Source of the DNA: Asterionella formosa
Taxonomy: Eukaryota
Reading direction: 5' to 3'
Length of the DNA: 23,142 nucleotides
Assembly: GCA_002256025.1 (NCBI GenBank)
Contig: NKIB01012208.1
Coordinates: 62,001-85,142 of the forward strand
Shown: piece after piece, positions 1-9,900 of the stretch
How the letters are laid out: each line of letters starts with the position of its first letter
Numbering within the stretch: the first letter of the stretch is position 1
Translations under genes and position numbers: made by a program
The notes under the pieces: model-generated
The model's input: the letters and a program-made list of their open reading frames with translations, nothing else
Database searches by the model: none
What the model was told of the DNA's origin: nothing

Positions 1-1260
1 AATCCATATAATTGGAACGACCCTGCCAATGATGGAGAATTTCATGATGCAGTACTTATGCTTCAAGCGTCGATTCATCAGAGCAGTGTGCGGAATCCAA
101 ATTCACAATCGTCGTATGACTACGAAATGGTCGCTCTTGTTCATAAGGGTGTCGAACAATGTGAAGGTGGGGCAAATCGGACCCTCATGTTGCTAAATTT
201 GGGATATCGAGTTGAAGTAGTTCGAGAACCAATCAATCAAGTTGACATCAAGAACAAGTATTTGAAAATACACGCACCACGAAACAATGGAGGACGAGCA
301 GGAATGAAGGAGATGATCCGACTCTATGTATTCAAATTAGTGGAATACGAAATAGCTGTCTTGGTGGATACAACTACGTGGGTGTTACGCCCGCTTGATG
401 CTACATTTGATATGATGTTAAATGGACCGAGCAATCATTCGTGGTTAGAGAAGCATGAAGATCACATTGTAAGGGAAAACTTCTATCCTAATGGAACAAT
501 TTACAGGCAAGATACGTTGCCGAGTGAAATTGACATTATGTACACAAGAGACTATTCCGCCATGACACAAGGTAGTTGGAATACAGGGATCAGTCTAAAT
601 TTCTTGCCAGTTCGACCAAATCTACAAATATTTCATAAGCTCATCAATACCTTTCAAAATACGGAGTATGATGCTAAATGGGGATGGGAGCACAAGGGAT
701 ACGCCAAATTCACTGGATCTATGATGACAAAGGGACTTCTTACATATTTCTACAACGAAAAAATGCCAGACCAAAAGCTTGAACTCCATCGCTGCATTTA
801 CAACAATATGGCGGATGTTCCCTACATTGCCGGAAACAAAGGCGAGAAGGACAATTGTCGTGATGTGAAAGAGCACAGAGAAGGACCGGATGGGAAACCA
901 GTTCCTTGTACTGATTGTCGTATCAAGGAATGGGATAAAATTATTGTGGTCAATTTTCAAACATGTCAAGTTCCTTGGGTATGTCCATTTGTGGATGAGT
1001 TGGAGAATGTTCCTCTACTTATTCCAACGTTAAAGATGTGCCGTCGATTCCATCAATCCTGGTTTGCTTTAAGGGCATCGGTCGAAGCATCGTTTTTGAC
1101 TCCCGAGGAGCAAACGACGACTGCAGGAACATTTCATCCTGATATATTTAGTGGATATTGCATCCCAGGTGGTCCAAGAGGTGGCGCCTACGTAGCAATG
1201 GGGCTGAATATACACTTTCCCAATGGAATTTCTAACAATCGCAGTCCAACAACTCAATAG
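1..1260 (+). CDS. Glycosyltransferase family 8 (glycogenin/galactinol synthase-like GT-A fold) protein, 5'-truncated by the window edge; catalytic motifs degenerate
   Basis: Frame 1 is open from base 1 (NPYNWNDPANDGEFHDAVLMLQASIH...), so the true start lies upstream of the window. Motif order matches GT8: A-V-L-x-x-x-S-I; 'EMIRLYVFKLVEYEIAVLVDTTTWVLRPLDATFD' aligns with the KL..W.L.EY..V.LDAD.LV...DELF block; 'FLPVRPN'; 'GLLTYFY'; 'ELHRCIYNNM'; 'NFQTCQVPWVC'; conserved-looking C-terminal cysteines. Confidence 0.75.
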   Translation, partial: NPYNWNDPANDGEFHDAVLMLQASIHQSSVRNPNSQSSYDYEMVALVHKGVEQCEGGANRTLMLLNLGYRVEVVREPINQVDIKNKYLKIHAPRNNGGRAGMKEMIRLYVFKLVEYEIAVLVDTTTWVLRPLDATFDMMLNGPSNHSWLEKHEDHIVRENFYPNGTIYRQDTLPSEIDIMYTRDYSAMTQGSWNTGISLNFLPVRPNLQIFHKLINTFQNTEYDAKWGWEHKGYAKFTGSMMTKGLLTYFYNEKMPDQKLELHRCIYNNMADVPYIAGNKGEKDNCRDVKEHREGPDGKPVPCTDCRIKEWDKIIVVNFQTCQVPWVCPFVDELENVPLLIPTLKMCRRFHQSWFALRASVEASFLTPEEQTTTAGTFHPDIFSGYCIPGGPRGGAYVAMGLNIHFPNGISNNRSPTTQ

Positions 1261-1609
1261 CATCACATTTTCTGAATCCTGCTCATCAGAGTGGGAAAGC
1301 AATGCATACTTACATTTCCAAGTCTTTGCGGGAATCAAATCATTCAGCAAGGGTGATTCGGTGGATGGCGATGGCTTGGCACATGCAAATGCAAATGCGG
1401 GCATGAGAAGGACCAATTCAATGTATAGACATCGTCAGCCATCGTATCGAGCTTTAGTCTGTACGAAACCAAAGAGGCGCAGCTGGAATTTTTCGACTAA
1501 ACGAGGTAATAGCTTTGCAGATTTTCCTTGTGGGAAGGTTTTAATTCAATGATAAACTTTCCTTTTGATATCTATGTGGATCTCTGATCAATATATTGTA
1601 ATTCTAATT

Positions 1610-3388
1610 CTATTTTAGATTGAGGATATCAACGTCGTCATTGATGTCGTCAATTTCGATCCACCTTTTCTTCAAGGGAACAGCCATAGTGCCAGTAAAG
1701 AGTGATCGGAAATCAGATGCATCTTCTATGTCACGAAAAGTCCTCCATTTTCGATCATCCTCACTCATATTGCCTTGTGTGCGTCGGTGCTCAACACTCA
1801 GTTCATCCATATGAATGAGTTGCTTGCCTAAATAATTCAAACCATCAATGGTACCAATGTCAAGCGGATATTGACCATCCTGCATCATCTGAGCGTAAAT
1901 ACAGAGATCATAGATTACCACATCACTAGCGTAGCTTGACCAAAGCTTTCGCTGTTCTTCTTCTGGGAATTGCTCCCATGTCGACATGACATGATTGTAA
2001 AAATTGGAGTCCATCTTGAATCGAATCATAGGATATGTGGACATTTCTTTCAAGGCTTGCTCCTTATTCAGACGTCGCTGCTTGTCTTGCGATGGGAGGG
2101 AAAGTTGACCAGTGCAGATTTTGACAAGGAGCCAAGCAATCGCATCCACAGCCAGAATTGGATATTCAGATTCTTCACCAATCAAATACATCATATTTGG
2201 ATTGTCGATCAACGTCCATTTGTAGAGGTCAGGATAATATGCGTAGCTCTCCGTCCAGAGACAGGTGCCGGGTTTTACCCCACAGAGATGGTCTGGTAAG
2301 CCAGTCTCGTCCACCTTCCAATATTGGGGAACATCGAGAGTACACGAGAAGGGATTGCGGTCAATTTCAAAGGGCTTTCTCAACTCCTCACTCAGCATGC
2401 TCAAATTGCTTTCGTATCCAGTGCATAAAATAACTGTATCAATATTGTGAATTTTCCTCTTGATCTCATCAGATGCGAGAAAAATGTTCCCATGCTTCTT
2501 TTCGACTTGAGCAAACTGAATACACTTGCCATCGTCGATGACCTTGACCGGTTGCATTTCTACTAACAACTCTACCTTATTTCCCGGCCAAGCAGTTGTC
2601 CACGTGACGACATTTTCCTCAGTTCTTGTACTGATGAAAATCTTTTCAGTACCGACCTTGATTGCCGCCAAGGCCAAATCTTCCGCCGAATATGCACCGC
2701 CAATCATCAGAATCCGTTTGCCTTTCACGTCTTCTTCAAAATTGCTAGTATCAGACGAGTGAATAATTCTCCCTTTGAACCCGCCTTCCCTAAACATGTT
2801 CACCATGGAACGGGGCAAATTTTGCTGGCCATTGCGTCCTGCTCCCCAAATGCACTTGTCGTATACCTCGCGGAAGCACTTGCCTGTGAGAGCATTCTTC
2901 AAAATGACATCGAACTTACGTATCTCAGCATTCCATACGACCGATTGAACTTCCACGTTGAATCGAGCATACTTCTCAAAGAAGTCTGGGCACTTTCGAG
3001 TCACTCTAGCTAACATATACTCCAACAATGCTGCTCGCGGCATGTACACTGGCAATGCGTGACCAAAATGTTCGTCGTAGCTGTAATCGAAGAATTCAAT
3101 CGATTCCTTGGGTCCATTTGTCCACAAGCCTTCGTACATGTTTGTTGTCTCTCCTTGTTTCGCCTCGTCGTCCTTCTTTTCCTCAGTCACATAGTTGGCG
3201 CCGTTTGTTCGAGACGATCTCCACACGCCGCCAGGACCTGAGGATCGTTCCATGGAAGTCACTATTGGAAGAACAGAAACGTCTTCTCCAGCTGACATGA
3301 GCTCTTGTCGTTTGGTTTCCATGGCATGGCAGAAAGACATGCCGCCTGGGCCGCAGCCAATGACTAGGATCGTAGAAGCAACAACCAT
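1610..3388 (-). CDS. Flavin-containing monooxygenase (class B FMO), trimethylamine monooxygenase-like
   Basis: Intronless 592-aa ORF. N-terminal FAD motif IGCGPGG; GGVW; 'MYEGLWTNGPKESIEFFDYSYDEHFG' closely follows the bacterial mFMO/Tmm segment including the conserved Asn; FMO fingerprint FKGRIIHSSD; NADPH motif IGGAYSAED; 'VILCTGY' (FATGY-type motif). Confidence 0.92.
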   Translation of the reverse strand: MVVASTILVIGCGPGGMSFCHAMETKRQELMSAGEDVSVLPIVTSMERSSGPGGVWRSSRTNGANYVTEEKKDDEAKQGETTNMYEGLWTNGPKESIEFFDYSYDEHFGHALPVYMPRAALLEYMLARVTRKCPDFFEKYARFNVEVQSVVWNAEIRKFDVILKNALTGKCFREVYDKCIWGAGRNGQQNLPRSMVNMFREGGFKGRIIHSSDTSNFEEDVKGKRILMIGGAYSAEDLALAAIKVGTEKIFISTRTEENVVTWTTAWPGNKVELLVEMQPVKVIDDGKCIQFAQVEKKHGNIFLASDEIKRKIHNIDTVILCTGYESNLSMLSEELRKPFEIDRNPFSCTLDVPQYWKVDETGLPDHLCGVKPGTCLWTESYAYYPDLYKWTLIDNPNMMYLIGEESEYPILAVDAIAWLLVKICTGQLSLPSQDKQRRLNKEQALKEMSTYPMIRFKMDSNFYNHVMSTWEQFPEEEQRKLWSSYASDVVIYDLCIYAQMMQDGQYPLDIGTIDGLNYLGKQLIHMDELSVEHRRTQGNMSEDDRKWRTFRDIEDASDFRSLFTGTMAVPLKKRWIEIDDINDDVDILNLK

Positions 3389-4200
3389 GTTACGTGAATA
3401 AGAAAAATAAATGCCGGTATATAAATATAGTGTGCGGGAAAATGTGTCCTGTTTCTTTGCTTCACGGCATTCCTCCTCCTTCCACGAATCGTTCGTCGTT
3501 GTCGCCTTGCTTTTGAAGAGTTTTAGTCGCTCATGAAAGTTGAATTCTAGGGTAAGTATACCACAGTCGGTTAGAAATGAATACCTGAATGATATATCTA
3601 GATTATTTAGATGTACAATTATGCAGCATACCAGGGTCGTACCTGGGACCAGGGTACCCTGGCACCACTTCCCGAATATGACTCGAACGATGTATGAATG
3701 AATTATTTATAGACGTGTTTTTTTAAATTATATTAGCATACGAATCATACATACGCATACGAATGGATGGAAAAGAATAGAATCCTCATGCATTTCTATG
3801 AACACATGCACCGGGTAGTACCGGTATGCTTTAGATAACAAACAACAGAAAAAATGCGGTGCGGAAAATACAGAACATTTTGGAGCACCTATACCTCACC
3901 TGGCTCGCGTGATCTCGGAATTGAGCATCGGCTTATCAGATCACAAGTACCAGGTACCGTACGTAGTCCAGCTAATGCAACGTCGTGTGTATAGAGCACA
4001 TCATGAAATGATGTGCTAAGATACAGTACTTACATGAATCAACAAAGAATACCGGTAGTAGTACATGGAGTTCACACGATATTCATTGTATACCGGTACT
4101 CGACAAAAATCATGCACTATCATGTTTAGCTATGGCTGCTTGCAACCTGAAGATTAATATAGTAGGATACGTAGGCCTTAGTATAAGTTAGTATAAGAGT

Positions 4201-4665
4201 GCAAAGAGTTCAAACGTGATTATTCACTTTCCCCCAGACCAAGTCAAGGGAGCCACAGATTGGTACTTCCAAGAGATAAAGAAAAAGATGTATGTGGAGC
4301 TTCAGATGAAGAAAAAGAGTGAAATCCCCAAGGCTTGTATTGATCAGAACATTGTACCCCCAGAACTGTTCGGAGATGAAATTAAAGAAGGGATGATGAA
4401 GCAGCAATTATGAGAGCAACATTAAGAAATTCAAGGAGGTTGAGAAAAGGGTGAGAGGAATTTCAAAGTGGCAAAGAAAAAGATTTATGCAAAGTTGCAC
4501 AGGGACTTTTACATGTCAAAGAAAAGCAAATAAGACAATGAATCAGTGGAGACAACAGATGAAAGAATCAAGGTGGCAAATGAGCAAAGCTAGGAGTAAT
4601 ATGAGTATTTTAAACAGTCAATGAAAGATGTTGCAAGACAATTGAACTTCACTCCAGTTTAGTGA
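4201..4665 (+). pseudogene. Decayed ORF relic (TE- or gene-derived), CpG-depleted
   Basis: ORF 4216-4413 continues in frame to ~4662 through TGA/TAA/TAG stops that could each be CGA/CAA/CAG C>T products. It has an internal in-frame repeat 195 nt apart (FQEIKKKMYVELQ / FKVAKKKIYAKLH). I counted only ~3 CG dinucleotides in 4201-4800. No family recognised. Confidence 0.35.
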
Positions 4666-5399
4666 ACATGAAATTCAATTTTGACAAATTGACCATTGTC
4701 AAATGGCTGGCAAATGAAGTAGGAACCAAAATATTACTAATATTACTGATTTACAAATTCAATCATTGACAGCTACTTATCCTTTTCTTCGTTTTCTTTA
4801 TTTTACTTGCTAAAGTTATTGCTTCAGACTATTGGTAGCTGCTCCGAAAAGGAGAAGGCCATTGCGGCACTTCTCAATTTCGACTCACTACGGCGACATG
4901 CAAGGCTCAACAATGCTCAACGAGGACCAACAGTGCTTTATTTCTAATCTGGCTGGCTATTGTAAACTCTACAATTAACAATGGCAAAACAATGTGTCTA
5001 CAAAGCAAAGCAACTACTGCTACTATGTATGCTGAATTCTACTGTATGAATGTTCCTCTTGCATGTGTTGTTCTTTGCCAGTTCAGATCAAAGGAATATG
5101 TCGGAGCGGAAAAATAATATGTGAAGTGGAATTGGCGACTCTTTGGTTCATTATATGGTGAAAGCAGCATATTATCGCTTTTATGTCATATTATATTGTC
5201 ACAAACACACATAATTATTGGTGTGATCACATAATTATTCGATAAGTGAAATACATTTTTGTTGCACGCGAATAAATTTACAGAAAAAGTAGCATAAATA
5301 CTTCACTTTAAACATAAATTCGAAAAAGTGCTGTAAACGGTGTCTTCGATGTAATACTATAATGATTATTGATGTCAGCCATTCATACCAGTTCCATCT

Positions 5400-6600
5400 C
5401 CCCTTTTGGAAAGCATTTGATTAACCGTTTCCTCTACAGATCCTGATCATTTTGACCATGGATTTTCTTCTTCTGTGACATGTCAAGGTCATCACCAACA
5501 ATCTATCTAGGGGTTTTCCATGTAAATAATTGCATATGTTATTTGAGCAGTACCAGCAGTTCACAATGTACCCGTTTTCCTAGTATTGGTCATGTTACTA
5601 CTCTTGCTAGACCTCATATCTTCTTCAACAATTCATCCAGAAGGAATACTTGCATTATATGTCTAATTCATGATATTACCAATCTCATCATGGTCATGTT
5701 AGACGTCATTATGCACTGCATAGACAACCAATCCAGGAATTTTTCATGTCTCATTCACAACCTAGTAATACCCAGTATTATCCCGCTAGTGATGTGCACA
5801 AAAACAGAAAAAATGATGAACAGAACACCCCCCCCCCCTAAAACTAGCTGGACGCCAAGGAAAAATGTTTGATTTGTATTTGGTGAACCAACAAGCAGCG
5901 ACCAAAAAACAGAGCGATGATCATCATAACATTGTACCTTGCCAACAGTTTCCAAAGTACTAATAGGACAGAAGAGTGAATAAAATGAATGCTGAGAGGT
6001 CTGACAGGAAATCTCTCATACTCTGTCAATTTTAACAAGCTGAGGAGTGGTAAACCAAAGTACCATGTGTGAAGAATTGGCTTGGAAATCATCCAGTAGA
6101 ATCAACATAAAAGAAAATGATACGGTGAGGTGTTGTTGTTCTTTTATTAGATGGTGTTTTTCATCATCATCTTATTCCTCTTGTTTGTCTCATCTCAGCC
6201 AGCACAAGGGTTCTGATGATACATGCTGTTTTGTACCTTTTGTTTGTGGTTACAGATTGCTTGGCAGATCAAGTGAAAAACAAAGAATAAATAAAAAAGA
6301 AATATAAATGAAGTAGTTGGTGTTTGGCAATTCAATATGAATGGCAAGCAAAATAATCTAGCTCATAGCTAACTAGGTTGTAAACAAGGGTGGAAGAAGA
6401 CATGAGATCAATGGAGAGGAGGGAAAATTGGGAGATTAAAAGAGTGTGTTAGGCTGATAACTATCCTGACAAGCTTTAAGGGGATTGGAAGGGTTTTTGT
6501 TTAAATAATGATAAAAGTAGACAAAAGTGGAATATTGATATCCATCATGTAAATGAGTGTTAGAATAAGGTAGACAGACAAATAGTCAGACACACAGACA
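5400..6600. pseudogene. Second CpG-depleted decayed segment, possibly a relic of a minus-strand gene or TE
   Basis: About 8 CG dinucleotides in ~1.2 kb, and only one in 5941-6600. One minus-strand frame runs ~6300-5755 with a few stops and ends in a hydrophobic stretch (GVLFIIFSVFVHITSGIILGITRL). There is a C11 homopolymer at 5828-5838. No recognisable domain. Confidence 0.25.
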
Positions 6601-6970
6601 AATACAGATACGTCATAGGACTGAGAAGCGACAACAAAACTACCGGCATACCAGTAGTATGTGTTGATGACATGAAAACACATCATCGCATCATCTAATT
6701 CATCGGAAGTACCGGGTACCAATCACCAGGTAGACTGGTAAAATAGTATGATGCTTCTCTATCACCGTCTCGTCATCATTTCATTTATTCATGAATCATA
6801 GCGTTCACATTGCAACGACAGGAAAACGAAACACCAGCAACGACTACATCGTCTCATTGTCTTGAATTCGACAGCGTGCGTCATGAGAGAGTCACCTGAT
6901 CGTACATTAAATGAATGCTGAACTCGAAACAAGGCAGATCATTTCACTCCGCCACAAGAAGAAAGCCAAT

Positions 6971-9900
6971 ATGAAACGACACAGCTCGCTCATCGGGGCG
7001 GTCGCGATGATGACTGTTTGTATCGGAAGCCCTAGTACATTATTTGCATTTGCACCTTCTGCACAACTGAGAAGGGGAGTACTGCACAAAACAGTGGCAA
7101 CCATTCATACAAGTAGATTGAGGCTCAACCTACATCGGACCGACATGCCCCTTGACGGGCCAGAGATCGGACCAACACAATCACATGGCAGTGCCAGTGA
7201 GAATACCACTTTATCCAGCAGTAATACTCGTCGGCAAGTGATGCAAACGATATTATTCGCAACAGCAGCAACCATTCCTTTATATGCGGCGAAAGCTGGT
7301 GTTCCAGAACTGGATCCATCTGGAGAATTGTTCACTCCCAAATCAGAAATGATCCGAGGGGGGTCGGATGCGGCCAGAGGCATAGGCTTAGCAACAAGAG
7401 CTTCCGCTTCTCTTAGCAAGCCAGGACAAACCATGCAAACTGTATTTGAAACTAGATTCATTGCCTATTTATCTAGGTTCCTGTTGACCTTTGATCAAGC
7501 TGCCATCACTTGGTGGGCAACGCAGGGACTAGGTGACTCATGGGAACAGACTCCGTCGGATACCAAAAAGGATGAATCAGATGAAAGGTTCGCAGAATTT
7601 GCTGAATCGGTCGAAGTTGGTTTGGCCAATTACTTTACTGGGCCCTATGGTTCCTATTCCTCGGTAGCAGCTGCCAAAGCGGGTCTCACGGCAGAAATGC
7701 CGGCTGTTTCGTCCAGGACCACACCGACACAAAAGGAAAAACCGATTTGGGAGCTTTTGTTTCCAAAATCAGCCATAAAGCGATCACCACCAGATGGAGC
7801 TAAGCAAGGCATTTTGAACTTGTATGCTCTCCTCAAAGCTAGATATACTTCTACTGCTGCGAAAAGACAACTCGCCATACTGTTTTCATTTATTAGCTCA
7901 CCTCAACTACAACCAGTATCAGAAATTCGAAGTCTATTGGGTGAAGCGGATAATGGTACAGTCACCAAAATTGAATTGCTGCTACCGCAATCTGTGGAGG
8001 GCGAAGCAGCTTATCACACCAGTTCGCGTCGAGGAGGGGGATATTCTATCCACTCGCCACCATTTGTAGATATCAACGCTCCACCAGCGCTGGGGGATGA
8101 ATTTTCTCCTGCAAAAATTCGACCCATCATGAAACAAACTTCTCGGGTCCTTCGAATTAGATTGTTGGATGGTGGAGAAGGCTACACTTCTGCTCCCACC
8201 GTTGTGGTAACACAAGCAGGACGCAGTGTGCCCTGTGAAGCAGCAGCAATTCTTGATCGACAAGGTCATGTTGAGTCGATTCTTGTGTTAGAGCCTGGTT
8301 ATGGGTATGGCATCAAGAGTGGTACAGTGGGTATCCCAGTTGTCAAGATTGAACCTCCTAGCAACCCTCCAAATGGACTCTCTAGAAAGGCATGTACTGC
8401 CAAAGCTGTTGCCGAACTAGAGTATCAAATAGTCGGATTAGATTTGATACATGGTGGCAACGGTTACGTGGCAACCGAGCCGCCCAAGATTACCATTTCA
8501 GCACCTGACGAGGACCCGGATTGGTATGTATCACCTGATGTTCTTCAACAGCAAAGGTATTCAGTGAAGGATGACACCGAAGTGTCAGCTCGTGTTGTTG
8601 AGATGTTATTAGGTGACTTGACGATTGTGTCTGACGACTTCTGTGAGACTGATACAACCATTGATACTGGATTACTGGGTCGATTGAAGCGTGAACCTTT
8701 GGAGTTGCTTCCTTCAAAAATCCGCCCTGAACTGCATCCCACCGCGGCTGGCATCAATATATACACTATTCCATACCTTCCTCCCATCCTCTTTCCAGCT
8801 GCAGTTCCCTCACCTCGGTACCGTGCGTATGATCCAATTTTTGGTGCTGTTGGTCGTGTGCCTGTGACGAAAGGGGCAATGCAGCTAAAAGCATCGGAGT
8901 ACAGTCGATTGGCTCTATCCGGTGCCCTCTGCACTGTCTTTGTTCGAACACTCTTAAATCCACTAGAGTTAGTCAAAACGAAGATACAGCTCAATAATGA
9001 CGAAGAGCTTAACAAGTACACTTCTACCAAAATAGCAAACAAAGCATCGCGTAACACACCCCACCACCACGATGTGATGGAGGTTGCTGCAGAAAAAGTT
9101 GTCTTTGAAACGAAGTCAAAAACAGATGAAAAATCAAACATTGGCACCATTGATATGATTTTGAGCTTGGTAGAGCTTCGCGGATTCTCGGCACTCTTTC
9201 AAAGCGCAGATATCACCTTTCTTGCCTCCCTCATGTTTGGCAGTTTTGGTTTCGGTGCCACTGAGCTCTTTCGTCGTTCCTTTAGTACGGCATTTTTCTC
9301 GTCAGATGGAGGAGAAGTAGGATCCGAACTAATCTTGTTGGCTGCCGCAAGCGTTGCATGTGTGGTGACAAGTGCCGCTGCAGCCCCATTTGAAGTCCTC
9401 CGTGTCAAAAGTATGGGATTGGTCGAGTCCTCGGGCTGGAAAGAGGTGCTTCGTCAATTCATTGTAGAGAAGAAAGGTGGCACGCTTGCAGTGGATGCCA
9501 AGGGTGAGCTCGACCTGCTGAAACTCAAGCCATCCGATGTGATCCCACTCTGGAGTGGATTTGCTCCAACAGTGTCTCGTGAATTGCCATTCGCTGTGAC
9601 AAAATTCTTGGCATTTGACATTGTGGCGAAAGCTCTGCTAGATCTAGTCAATGCTGGATTGGACGAAGGTGCCCTACCTGTGCAAGTTGGCACAGGTTCA
9701 ACTGGGTTGGCTGTGTCAGCTATTGCAGGTGCATTCGCTGGTGTTGCAGGAGCAGTTGTAAGCCACCCCGCGGACCTGATTCTCACATTGACGTCTGCCA
9801 AGACCAAGAATATGGATGGAAGTGTGACAGAAAGTGCCGACTGGAAGGAGATTATCAAGGATCTTCTTGCCAAGGAAGGTGGTATATCCAATCTCTTTCT

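Noticed and set aside
1069..1552. ORFs 1223-1552 (+) and 1069-1416 (-) between the convergent GT8-like and FMO genes
   Set aside because: They overlap the GT8-like CDS and the expected 3' UTRs, and show no domain-like features.
5207..5240. Short direct repeat CACATAATTATT x2
   Set aside because: A local 12-bp duplication in AT-rich DNA with no element between the copies; no functional support.
5844..6092. 'LLSLLKLTEY' resembling an ion-channel S4 helix
   Set aside because: It lacks the repeated Arg pattern and any pore motif; too weak to name a family.
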